A stretch of 63,302 nt of DNA, counting the filler, from Dimargaris cristalligena (taxonomy: Eukaryota): NCBI GenBank assembly GCA_003614675.1. It is 9 parts of 9 records of this genome, joined end to end, with 100 filler letters (N's around TTAATTAATTAA, not from the genome) between each part and the next. Parts side by side here need not be neighbours in the genome. Positions count along the whole stretch, not along the records: positions 1 to 6,982 come from ML003464.1; positions 7,083 to 14,064 come from ML003465.1; 7 more parts are not named here. One strand, 5' to 3'. The first letter of the stretch is position 1, and every line of letters begins with the position of its first letter. Position numbers and translations under genes: made by a program. Positions 1-11,631 of this stretch are shown here, in pieces. The notes under the pieces were generated by a model that had not been told where the DNA came from, made no database searches, and was given only the letters and a program-made list of their open reading frames with translations.

Positions 1-3000
1 CTAACATAGAAAAGAAGGGAAAGAGGGGAAAAGTGTAATGTGGTGGGGCACCACACTGGTACCATTGGTGAGATTGCCCCATCTGATCCTCCTAGTTGTG
101 TATTTTGAACCAGTCCAATATTCCATGGCTGCGACAATATTGTACTAATTTGAGCACAATATGGGAGCTGCATCCGTCAACCTATCTCTAGAACTTCAAC
201 TCATACATTAGACTCTGCTCCTCTTCGTACATTGGCTGTATTTTTCACATAGTTGATTATATAACAAATATTGATTTTCCAATATAAATACTTGAGCATT
301 ATAGCTAACTCATCAACCAGCCAATTAGTTACCTGATATAAGCAGGGATTCAAATAAACATGTTAGAATTCATAGTTACATCAGATCTTAGTTAAATAAT
401 ATACTAAAATATGAATTGTCAGTTATGTTAATATGAAACTGAGTACTAGTCACCCCCCCTTACCATTTTGGGGCTCCAAGATACTCTATAAGCCACTATT
501 TCTTAGTTAGACTAAACATGAAGGGGCAATACAAAGGGGAGGGATGTGCATTCCAAACTTTTAAGGGAAGGCAGACTAAATGCCCCAGCTCAACCATATG
601 GAATATGCCTTATATAATTGGATTGAATATATTCCATGTATAGTACATGGTGCGTGCCGATTGATTGTAAGAAAGATTGTAGAAATAGACGTCATATAAA
701 TTTCTAGAATGTATTAGGTCATAAAGAAGAGCAGCAACGAGCTATGTTATCTTCAATAAATTCAACAGTCAAATCCTTTAAATAGTCAATACAAGGGTAT
801 ATATATACATAGATTTGTAGTGCCGTGAGAATGTTGGCCGACAGCCTTCAGTATCCGGCTATCAATTTATCCACCGATTCTTATGTTGAACTGACGATTA
901 TCAAATATTACAATACTTATGACTGTTTTTCTTATCAAATACTAACGATTACAATTGATATGACGAATTTCATGAGAAATATTCCACGCCTTTTGGGAAG
1001 TCAGCTCCCGATTTGTTATTTTATATTCATGTTAATGGCCATGTGTTGTGATGTTATTATGACGGTATTCAAGCCTGCTAATAATATTCTGTGTTATTTA
1101 TAACAACCAATTTACGACCTCTGTTCGGGGAGCCCTCTTCCTGCAACGGAAAACAATATTTTGTTCATAATTCCCATTTTCTTCACGATTACTATAAAAT
1201 AAAACCAATAATTTATTAATTTCTTCACTCAATATACAAAAACGCTTAATATTTTCTCTTCAATGTCGCGCCTCCCCATTCGTTCCTCTGGGCCTAGCGT
1301 CCCACCTTCTTCCGGCCCGGGTACACCGCCGTCCACGCCCCAGCGCTCTGCACTTGAGCAGGGTACACCAGCTCGTATTCCGAATCCTAGCGGTGAATTA
1401 GATGACCCCGAAGCCAACACAGATTTATACCGGGTTATTTTATGTCAACACCGAGATGATACATGGTAACTATTCAGGCAGACAGTGGAAAACCAGTGGG
1501 GTTACAAAATCCAATAAATATTGTTAAATGAACTACTATAAGTAAAATAGACAATGCTCACAGATTGATGCAGAGTGTATTTCCAGTCATCAATACCTGA
1601 TTTAATAATACTAGTTGAAAGTGCAGCCAGTCAACAAAAAACTGGATATACCATCCTGACTAACATATACGGTTTAACCCAGTGATGTAATTGTTAATGT
1701 ACCCATTTCAGTCAGCTAATCCATTAATTTCCATCGAAACAAACAAAGATACTCTTCCACAGCCCCTCCACTATCCACACTGCCCCGATAGCATTATCAA
1801 CTTTACAGAATAATTCAACCCAGTTGCCTTGTTACCGGCCTTTATTCTAAGCTTAATTTTAAATGAAGGTATATCAGAAAATAGACAAGGCTCAATGAGT
1901 GAATATAAATTGTGGTATAAAAAGGATGCCACCTCCAGCTAAATACTGCAAACTATATCTACAAAATTATTTGAACCATTTATTAAAATCAATAAGAACA
2001 TTTAACCTGCACTTTGGCAGGCACCTCCTGATTTCTGATTATTCGGAGGCTGCTACAATCTCCCCAGTCCTGTCTGCCTTGGACAGTTCTGCTCTGGGGT
2101 CACCTACAGGGTAATCCTTTAGGGCAAATGAAGGATACCCGGCAGCACCCTGTTGAGGGTACTTAACAGTTATTGTACCCTGCATTATTGCAGGGTGTGG
2201 CCTAAAACGGTTTATTCCAGTGGCCACCGGGAAGATAGGAGAAGGCCTTTGTATGGCTATTTAAAAAAAAATAGACAATGGAAAGAAAAAAAAAGGTGGC
2301 GAGTTGGAAAGCAACTTTGTGGGACAGATCCTGGCAAAATAGTTGGAGAAAGCTTTCAAAAGTGTGAAGTTGATGTTAGGATACAGGGGGGGAAATTTTC
2401 TTGTATTTATATAGCCACTGCTAGCGATTCTATTCATCAGATATAGTACAGGGTGTCTACATATCTTTTCAAAGTAGACTGCAACCAGGTATCTATTCTA
2501 ATATCCATTATGGGAGACAATGCCCGAATTTGTTATGAATATTAGGAATGGGCCAAGAACTAGATATCACACCCCGGTATTCCATTTATTACTTTGTAAA
2601 ATAGCTTCATGTATGTCTACAATCAATCATTATATGTTATTATAGTCATTATACTATATTTAAGCACATTCGTTTGGTGGTATGACCTAAGTCGCTAGCT
2701 GCGGCACCTGGTCCTATGATAGGTTTATAGCCGAGGCTTTCGATAGGAGGCTTCTTCAAAATAAATTTTTTCAAGACGAAAATGCAGAAAAGCGCCCTGG
2801 ACCTCCAGGTCTGTTTTCATTCAAGGACAATCAGAACAGCCATGCCGGTTAGACCCTTTATTATTATCTGCTGTAGGCCTTATTTGGGTAGGATGGATCC
2901 ATCTTTCGGAAATTGTAATACACTACCAATGGCTCCAACTTAACCTTGCCAGTTAGGCTTACACACTGATCAAGTGGTCACCAACGAGACATAGCATAGC

Positions 3001-3308
3001 AACGGCTAAATGCTGCGCCCCTGATAGAAAGGGTGAAGGTTCTTGTCCTTTGCTGATCGGCCCGAATAATGCATGGGCCTGTAATTATTCATGAACATTC
3101 AAAGTATAATTGGGATTGACTAGACACATTAAATTACTGTTTTTTTTATCTGTATAAATTGGTATCTGTGGGTACTGGGATGGAGGTGGCAGGTCTGAAT
3201 GGTGTACTCCATTGACTAATTATTCAGTTATGATTCTATAAAGCCATGTGAATATAGCCTACCAATTTTCTTATGAGTTTCCTTTCCTGTTACTGTTTTA
3301 GTGGTCTC

Positions 3309-3851
3309 TGTCAGCCCTCCTAATCCCACCTAAATATGGAAGTACTTATCATCCCATCCTATCTTGCCTTATAGTACCATATTACCCCTATTCTCTCATA
3401 TTACCCCCTCTGACTGACCCCAACACTTCACATACAATACTCCACTGGCCAATCCAACAACCCCCAGTTCTCATGAGAAGTCTTCCAGAAGCAAGGCCAC
3501 CTGGTCAGTCTTCCCCTATTATAATTAGTCTTTATCCTATTCTCCTTAGGATCTCTCATTACAAGTGGTCCCTATATATAAATAGCTGGGCCCCTCTGGG
3601 ACCAGTTAGTTCTTCAGCTTATTCTTATCCCCTATTTACCTCAATAAACTCCCTATATACTCACCCAGTATACTGACTAGTAAGTGTGCCCACTGCACGT
3701 CCCTTGCATTAGCCTATACTTACCCTTTATTGGTTAGTGCTATTCCCACCCTAACACTAGTAGCCCACTTGGCTGAGTCTAAGCCCCACCTACCATTAGA
3801 AGCCTACCCCTAGGACTCTTGATGAACTAAGAGTAGTTAATTTAGGTGACA
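3309..3851 (+). mobile_element. Solo LTR, family A (~550-590 bp)
   Basis: TGTCA...TGACA termini, TATA-like run and AATAAA, and the shared 3' block GAAGCCTA..C.GGACTCTTGATG.ACTAAGAGT.GTTAA found in about 11 copies in the window. No TSD recognised here. Confidence 0.8.
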
Positions 3852-3921
3852 CTGGTAGAGGACTAAACTGAATGGTCTCTCAAAGGAAAGCCTCTGTACC
3901 CCTATTATCTGTAGACCTACC

Positions 3922-4181
3922 TGTTGGAAATTCATTTCCCCCGTCCTACTGATTCCATCTCTGTGATTGGCTTGTCCTATACTTGGGACTTTACTATAGC
4001 CGTTACTATATCATCCTATAACTGGAACTTCGTCCTAATCATTATTACTGCTATTATTCAATTCAATAAAACCAACCGTGGGCATCTAGCTTTGCCCCTT
4101 GCGGTTCTTTCTCTCTTCTTTGAATTGTTTTAGTTGTATCTGAAGGCACTTGTGTTTACCATCAAACTTATATTTCCAACA
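3922..4181 (+). mobile_element. Solo LTR (260 bp) with perfect 5-bp TSD
   Basis: Termini TGTTGGAAA...TTTCCAACA, flanked by CTACC on both sides (3917-3921, 4182-4186); internal AATAAA. A related copy lies at about 17786-18071. Confidence 0.85.
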
Positions 4182-5508
4182 CTACCTGTACCTTATAAAG
4201 GACTGTAAGGTACTATGGAAGGAACAGACCCCCACCCACAAAGGACCATGGAGATGTAACCTGAAGATGCTCAATTATAAAGGACCATGGAAGTGCACCC
4301 TCCAACAATACTAATCCCATTAGCAGACAAGTTAAGAACCACCAGAGCATAGTGATATATCAATTGACCTGTACTAACCCATGTAGTATGCCTCTTATAA
4401 AGTTACGTACAGAACCTCCCAGCATTGACCTCAAGAGAAGAATGAAGCCAAGCAGAAACAATCCTAATCAGAGACTTCTGACTGTATTCAGACCTGGGAG
4501 ACATCCCACCCCCCTTAATAATCCTCCCCTGAAAGAACCCCCTAAACCAAACAGCAAGATCTACTAGCTCCCTGTATGCCAGAGCAACTGAATACCTCCA
4601 AATCTGCAATGAACAACAGAACTGTAGTTTGCCCCTTAGTACTCGCATGCTGGGGCCCAACTACCAATTACCCTAGACCATCACAGATGGGGATGCTCTG
4701 ATCACTAGTTGCACTTGCTGAGGCACCTAAGTGACCACTACTACCAACAATGACCCCACCCCCACCAGCTCAGAGACCCAAGCCAGTTAAAGGAGGGAGG
4801 AGACTACCCCAGTAGCACAGCCCATGTATAGCACCAGAATATGCCCTAAAGCCAGTGAATCAATTCCTGTCCCAGTCAATTCAGATAACACACTCGACCT
4901 CCCCTGCTATGAAGAGTGGGACTAAGCAACCCCACCATGCATTGAAATCAGTGACTCCCTAAGCACAACCATGTTACAACCTCTGAATCTAGCCCCATTG
5001 AGTCGGACACTACAAGCTGCTCCTGTAAACAACCTTGACTTATACCAAGAAATCCTGGTACTGCTATGAGAACAGAGTGCCCATCAGTACTAGACCCAGG
5101 AATGGCCTGCCACAAGCCTCCTGGCAATCACTGACTGGGTACAAGGAATGGAGGAATACTAAGCTGCCTTACAGTATCAAGAAAATTCCACTCAGGAAAC
5201 CCTGAGATGCATTAAGGTAACCCTAGCTAGCCAGACAAACAAGGCCCTGGACACATCCCAGGTCCTCCCTGACACTCCTGTACTGACATGGATCACCCCC
5301 AGAGGCTTACTGTAGAGCAGCTACCAGAACACCCAGTTCCAGGCCCTGTCATTCAATAAGACCCAGTACTTTGATGCCCAAGGAACACCCTAGCTGAACA
5401 ACTACTTGTCTGGAACTATCTTGGCACCCCCACACCCCATAGGAACCAACCCAATAACCAGCCCCAATACACAGCCCACTAATAGTACCCCCACTCACCC
5501 TAGGTAAA

Positions 5509-5732
5509 TATTGAAGAATATGTTCCTACGTGTTCTTTATTCTATCCTATTTTTACCCAATTACATTAGTTTACTCTGCTATCATGAGATCATTCATATT
5601 AGCTAATTATATTTCACTCTACAGAAATTATAACTCAATAAAACTAACCACCTAGAGGTACCTACCGTCCTCTAGCTGCTTTCTTCCCTTACTTCCAGTT
5701 TTATTTCCTTTAAGTCCTTAGTATTCCAACAC
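5509..5732 (+). mobile_element. Solo LTR-like repeat; second copy truncated at about 63205-63302
   Basis: T(A/G)TTGAAGAATATGTTCCT start shared with 63205; ends TTCCAACA; internal AATAAA. Confidence 0.65.
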
Positions 5733-6460
5733 ATAGTACCAGGGGTGACCATGGGGGGGGGGGTTCAATATGGTACTATAAGGCCTGATATAGCAGATGA
5801 TCATCCAGTCAGATTAGGTCGGATTAGGAGGGCCGATAAGGGGAAGAGGGGATGGCAAAGTAAATAGTGGCAACAATAAAGAGACAGGGTAAATCTTCAA
5901 CTTTCTCTCTCCTTTTCTCTCACTAAAGCAGTGAGAAACAGGCTTAACCATGTTTATCTGTTCATAGTGGAACATTCCATATTACAGTTATCCTACTGGC
6001 CGAAGTAGACTGATTTGCAGAATATGGGCAAGAGGGGTGAAGCTTCTAGACAATAGCAAAAAATTGTCTACTTCATAACCCAAGAATTGTCACAAGAGTC
6101 GAGATGTAAGTCTCTGTATTATCAACTTGAACGGTGGCGGCCAGGTGGTCATCATGCAATTGGCAGAGGTGGAAGGACGGGACGGCATTCCCAAAACATA
6201 TTTCACTTAAATCTCTCTACACTACTGCAATAGAGAACAGCAGCCTGAATAGTAGGGAAGCTAGTGAGACAGTTTTTTTAAAACTGCCCATATAATGAAT
6301 GACGGCCACCTATACTCCCTTTACAGAAAAGTATAAATACCACTTGGCAGCCCGCTCTTCTGGTAGCAGTATCCACTCATCCGCACTTCATCCAAAGCAG
6401 TTCATTACAACTCATCTCATTCTATGTTTTCCACTTACCCGAATTCCCACCATATCCACC

Positions 6461-6682
6461 ATGCAATTTACCTCGTTTTTCAAGGCCCTCCCCATTGCCA
6501 TTGTCGCTCTTTTTGCTGCGGCCCAGGCCAACCCCGTTAATGGCCATTCTGACAGCTCCGCCGCTCATGCCCAGGGGCTTTTCTGCCGTCAACTGGCGGG
6601 TACAACCACTTCGGTTGGAAAACGATTCATATCTTCAAAAGAGCCCATTTTTTGGCCGACCTTTTATCATAAACATCAATAG
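6461..6682 (+). CDS. Small secreted peptide precursor, 73 aa, orphan
   Basis: ATG in CCACCATG context and TATAAA at about 6332. Signal-peptide-like MQFTSFFKALPIAIVALFAAAQA-NP and a KR dibasic site. Confidence 0.55.
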   Translation: MQFTSFFKALPIAIVALFAAAQANPVNGHSDSSAAHAQGLFCRQLAGTTTSVGKRFISSKEPIFWPTFYHKHQ

Positions 6683-6982
6683 ACTGATTTCTCCTTCCAG
6701 CTCCTGCCACTCCACTTCGGCCTGATTTTATTAAGTCATAGTAGCCTTACGCTACCTAGCATGCTCAATCAGACATCCATATCAATAAAATCTCTATGCG
6801 TAATCCCCATTAAAGACGAGCAGTGTCTCAATGTGCCCATTATTTCTATTAATAGTATGAATGAGCATGGTTCCCACTCAGCTGTTTTCTCACAGTGTTC
6901 AGGCAGGAACCACTGCTCCATCATAAGTCCCCCACTAATCTGGGGCCATAACTGTACTATAAAATATAATTCAGTTTAAGCC

Positions 6983-7082
6983 NNNNNNNNNNNNNNNNNN
7001 NNNNNNNNNNNNNNNNNNNNNNNNNNTTAATTAATTAANNNNNNNNNNNNNNNNNNNNNNNNNNNNNNNNNNNNNNNNNNNN
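6983..7082. other. Artificial contig-joining spacer (N44-TTAATTAATTAA-N44); identical spacers at 14065-14164, 21143-21242, 28201-28300, 35240-35339, 42279-42378, 49291-49390, 56302-56401
   Basis: Identical 100-nt N blocks with a six-frame stop linker. Contig lengths never increase (6982, 6982, 6978, 6958, 6939, 6939, 6912, 6911, 6901), consistent with size-sorted unlinked contigs. Confidence 0.98.
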
Positions 7083-7334
7083 TTTTGGTCATCATTAGCA
7101 GTGCACTCCTTGGTATCTTCTTTGATGCCCTAGTCTATAATAACCCACAGGTTCTTGGTAATAAGAGTATACCATATGTTCATAGCCCATATTTCATAGT
7201 TGTTGGAGCTATGCAGGAGGTGGGCAGTGTTAATCTTAAATATGGATATAGTGGGGGTAGGAAGGGTAAAAGTGAGAAGAGTAAATGGAGAGCAATAATT
7301 AAGTCAAAGTTAAAGTTGTTAGTCTCATAATCGA

Positions 7335-7576
7335 TCTTAAAATCATTGATATTCAGCAGATCTACTGTTCCTCCAGAAGGAAATGTTTCTTTATTTATAT
7401 AATTATATAGGATATTGTATTGACAATTTTATTTATAAAAAAGGAATAAAAGTTTTTCATGTAATAACTCACATGAGTAGTATAGGAGCCTTATAATTAG
7501 CCTGCCATAATAGGGAAAGATCTACGGTGATCTACATTGCTCTTATTAGTAGGTAGTAGATGCCCCATATTGGACA
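7335..7576 (-). mobile_element. Solo LTR, family B (copia-associated)
   Basis: Homologous to 14501-14747 and 13529-13785; TGTCCAATATGGG terminus on the minus strand. Confidence 0.75.
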
Positions 7577-7798
7577 ATAAGTAGGTCCTAGCTAGAGGGA
7601 GGTTTTATGGTAGGGAATAATCCCATAGTACCACATATAACCATTGGAAGTTTAATATAGTATTATAAGGCCTAATCAGGTAGGTCATCTAAGCCAGCTA
7701 ATTATAATAGATTGGAAGGTTTAATAGTGATACAGCATAAGTCTAAATAATCTAGTGTACCATTACCAGAATTAAGGCTATATGTATTTTAATATCAG

Positions 7799-8379
7799 TG
7801 TTAGCCCTTCTAATCTAACTTAATCTAGACATAATGATCATCCACCCTTATTAGGCCTTATAGTACCATATTAACCTTCCCATAGTCACCCCTTGTACTA
7901 TGGGATCATCCTGTATTATATAACTATTCTCTTTCTGGACTCCAGTTTTACACTATTTACTCCCAGGTTGCTCTAACAACTCTTCCAGTTCCCTACAGAG
8001 TCTTCCACATCCTCATGCCTATTTAGTTAGCCATTTATCATATTAATAGTCTTAGTAATATCTTCCTTAGGGGACTTCCCTTTGGAGTTGTCCACCATGC
8101 ATATATAACCTACCCCCATTCGGACCGGTTAGATTCCTTAGCTTATTCTTATCCCCTGTTTACTCTAATAAACTCTATATATACTCACACCCTCATACTG
8201 ACTAGTAAGTATGCCCACTGTACATCCCTTATATAGCCGATTGCCTAAGCCTTTATTAGTTAGTACTGTATCCCATACCTAATGCTAGTAGCCCACTTAG
8301 CTAAGTCTAAGCCCCACCTACCTTTAGAAGCCTATCCTCAGGACTCTTGATGGACTAAGAGTGGTTAACCTAGGTAACA
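7799..8379 (+). mobile_element. Solo LTR, family A
   Basis: TGTTAGCCC...GGTAACA; near-TSD ATCAG/GTCAG. Confidence 0.82.
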
Positions 8380-9066
8380 GTCAGGATCCAGCTATTAGTT
8401 ACTAGGCTTGGAATTGCATATGGGCATTCTGGTCATTGGTGTAGGATGTGCTGGTATTAATGGGGGCATCTCCTGGCTGACTAAGAAAGGAATTTCAAAC
8501 CTTGAAAGAACATAAGACAGGGGTAGCATAATATAAATTGAGCCACAGAAATAACTAATAAACTAGTAGATAATATATGTTTCAATTTATATAATATTTA
8601 TTTAATAATTAAAATATAACCCTAAGGTTATGATAAACATGGAAAGGTATAAGTAATATAATATCGTTTTCCTGGGAGAAAGAGGGCTCCCTGAAGTGAG
8701 GTCGTAAAGCAATCGTTATAAATAATCCAGAATCTCATTATACAATTCAGAATATCGGCATAAAGTTGTCATAGCACATGCCTGTTGTCATTAATATAAA
8801 ATAATAAATCGGGTGTTAACTTCCCAAAAGGCGTAGAAATATTCTCATTAAATCCTTCATATCAATAGATATCGGGCATAAGGGTTGAAAACATCAATAA
8901 TCATCGGCTCCATAATGGAATCACCGGATGAATCGATAGCCGGGTAGTAAAGGCTGATAGTTGACGTGCCCATCGTACTACAATAGTCTCCCTCGATCTA
9001 AACGAAACAGTACTCACCATATGTTTATAACGACGCTGTCGCAGTTTTAATATTACCCCGAAGAGC

Positions 9067-9705
9067 TTAACTGGACGCTGAGCCCTGGCTAAATGGCATG
9101 TACGTACTATCGGAATGGTCGCTGCACGACACCTCAGTGCCAGGGTAAACGCATTCTTCAGCCTCCGACGGTGATTGGTAGTAAGGATAAGTAGTATTGG
9201 GAGATTCATAAGCATCCTCTTCTTCTACTTCTATATCAGATTCCAGATCCTTGAATGCGTATCCGTCGATGAATTGGCTGATTAGAGACGGTAAATACCT
9301 ACTGGTGATAGAGCACGAGTCTAAATGATTTAGCGTGTTGTTGTTAGAATCGAGGCTGTATAGATACGTGTCTGTCCCAATCGCCACCGCCCCGCTAGTG
9401 CACTGAGTGATCAGAAGATATTTCTTTAATTGATTCTCGGCAAAAACTAGGGCGCCACCAGATGCTTTACATTCCATGACAAACACAGGCGTTTGGTCGT
9501 ATTTCACTACGATAAGATCAGGCACAGCAGTTCCTATTCTGTCGTCGTGAGCATCTTTGTATACAAATTTGGACTGGTGTTCGATATCAAAGGAATCACC
9601 AAAGCATTGGTAAAGAATATCGCGCCACGTATTTTCCACTACCGACTCATACCCGGTCAGTAACCGGCTGTAACGCCGTCTTATTCGAGATGGATCGTAT
9701 CCCAT
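9067..9705 (-). CDS. PD-(D/E)XK restriction-endonuclease-fold protein (HsdR N-terminal/REase-like) with acidic C-terminal tail, 212 aa
   Basis: Motif order E(N-helix)...IEHQ...PDLIVV...PVFVMECK...AENQLKKY...GAVAIG matches the E..PD..ExK..QxxxY signature of type I HsdR-N-like nucleases. Intact and intronless. Confidence 0.7.
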   Translation of the reverse strand: MGYDPSRIRRRYSRLLTGYESVVENTWRDILYQCFGDSFDIEHQSKFVYKDAHDDRIGTAVPDLIVVKYDQTPVFVMECKASGGALVFAENQLKKYLLITQCTSGAVAIGTDTYLYSLDSNNNTLNHLDSCSITSRYLPSLISQFIDGYAFKDLESDIEVEEEDAYESPNTTYPYYQSPSEAEECVYPGTEVSCSDHSDSTYMPFSQGSASS

Positions 9706-9984
9706 TTATAACCGATTACCCTTTACAACGTAGCATGCGATCGGTCGGCCGATATGTGTCATGAGTCTCACAAATCTATCCGACACTTTATACTGATCGA
9801 GATCTACCTGTACAGCACTAAGTGTTTCGATAACCTTACCAGCCTCCCCAACAATGATTCTATCGCCAGAATCGGCAGGTATAATGACGCAAATACGGAC
9901 CCCGAATTTCTTGGCAGTCTGTTTGATCCGATTGAATTTGTTCGCGCGCAATTCGACACCATATAATCCATAAGCAAGTGCCAT
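9706..9984 (-). CDS. Hypothetical protein, 92 aa, abutting and in frame with the nuclease ORF
   Basis: ATG-initiated ORF whose TAA is immediately followed by the nuclease ATG (TAAATG); composition of a globular protein. Confidence 0.45.
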   Translation of the reverse strand: MALAYGLYGVELRANKFNRIKQTAKKFGVRICVIIPADSGDRIIVGEAGKVIETLSAVQVDLDQYKVSDRFVRLMTHIGRPIACYVVKGNRL

Positions 9985-10530
9985 AGTCTGATTTAAGAGG
10001 CATTAGGATTTGAAATACACAACCCCTTCGGGGTACCATGAGGTCAGTACAATATACCGGTTAGGGAGCAGATATTGAATGTCGGCTTGTATAAATTACT
10101 CGTCAACTAAGAGGTCAGCCAATGTGAATGCCTCAGCTGGGATACTTTGGAGCCAGTGAACCTCCTTTTGGGCAATGCCGATTTTGGGTTCCACTGGGCT
10201 AAGAGTAGGCGTTAGTGACGGTGAAGAGGGTGTTACCATGCTGGGGGCGTCACTAGGTGGTGACAAATAAGCCGCGGGCTATTCCTAGGGTACTGAGTAC
10301 GTCGATATACTCGGACACCGGTGGTCGCAAGGAGAAAAGTGGGATATCACTGATTATCGTGTTGATGATCTCCGGAATGTGACCACTTACACGCATTTGC
10401 CCACACAAGAATCGGCCACCCAATATAACAACCACTGAGAGGTGGCAACCGGGTAAACATGTGTACGTCGATGTAGGGCACATGGGCAAAATCGGGGTTG
10501 ACGAGTGACAACAGGTCCCAGGCCGGGTAG

Positions 10531-10836
10531 GTGGAGTACTTACCCCAAATTACGAAGGTGCACGCTATGCTCTCGGACCCAAACACTGGACTCACACTAT
10601 GGGCCGCACCTCAAGGAGCGCTGGCTATTGCGGACGAAGCACAGTGGCTGTGGCACACGGACGACAAGGACGGACCAACAAGGGTAGCGGAATGGGCCCT
10701 AACTCAGGCCGAGGAAAGAAGAGTGAAGACCCGGCGGGAGGCACTGGAAACGGCGAATGTGAGCGGTATAAGAAAGAAATTCGAAGAGGGGATATTAGTA
10801 ACGGTGAAGCAGAAACTAGCGAACTTTGGGCAGTAA
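10531..10836 (+). CDS. Hypothetical helical protein or fragment of a disrupted longer ORF
   Basis: Charged helical pattern (AEERRVKTRREALE...KKFEEG). The same frame resumes with ATG directly after the TAA. Confidence 0.25.
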   Translation: MEYLPQITKVHAMLSDPNTGLTLWAAPQGALAIADEAQWLWHTDDKDGPTRVAEWALTQAEERRVKTRREALETANVSGIRKKFEEGILVTVKQKLANFGQ

Positions 10837-11327
10837 ATGGAGAGGAGAAAGGAGGCGTGCCAAGTAGTGGAAAGAGCGACAGGAGGGGTATACCACGGGT
10901 GGCAGGATTGGACGGCAGTCCAGGCGCAAGGCAATTTATCACAGACAACACCCCGTGGCAAGCACCCGTGAGTATTCTGCAACTGCTGGAATAGGCCAGC
11001 CATTAAAGCACCCAATGGTCACCTGACTCGACCAGTGCGAATGCACTATCCAGGCAGCAGCGGCCAGATAACTAACACAATGGCCTAGCCCAAACACATG
11101 CCGTAGAATTCGTTTATACTGTAACGGCCAAACCCTCCAATTATATTCATCACTGTTAACGGCCAATTAGAGCCATCAGCGTCTTATCTATTGTACTGTG
11201 AACCCCAACGTAAATCTCTATATAGTCGCTACCTCGCTCCAAAGTAGCTCGGGGAGGTTCCCTTTTTCTTCTTAGCACATAAATATTATAACTATACTAA
11301 ATACGTCCAAAATACACTTAACAATAC

Positions 11328-11631
11328 AAACTTATTATGTTAATAGAGGGGAAAGTAATATTTTTCCGTAAAAATATTTCTTTCCCCGAAGTAGAAAGGA
11401 AAAATTTTCGCTAGAAAATTTGTTTCTCTATCTTTCTCCTTCTTTTATTCCTTCCTACCATCCGACCCTATTAGTTTATTCTATTTTTACGTTCAAAATT
11501 TGTCTCTGCCGTGTTCTTTACACTTGTGCACGACGACCTTTTGGTTATTATAGACCGTGGACTTGTCCATTGTGCGAAATAAGTATCGCCAATAAATAAC
11601 AAAACGTCGACGGCATCTATTAACGATAATG
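11328..11631. repeat. ~300-bp dispersed repeat with imperfect terminal inverted repeats; second copy 34393-34690
   Basis: Two highly similar copies on different contigs; ends ATTATGTTAATAGA / TCTATTAA(C/T)GATAAT. Confidence 0.8.

Noticed and set aside
4190-5500. Short ORFs (4352-4567, 4403-4660) in a C/A-rich tract
   Set aside because: CpG-depleted, stop-riddled, probable decayed gag-like repeat; no recognisable motif to support a call.
7027-7038. Regularly spaced TTAATTAATTAA palindromes every ~7 kb
   Set aside because: Artificial linker within N spacers. No biological periodicity or cross-contig synteny can be inferred.
10381-10410. HLHAF resembling HUH rolling-circle Rep motif II
   Set aside because: Frame is riddled with stops, and no motif I/III or SF3 helicase motifs are nearby.
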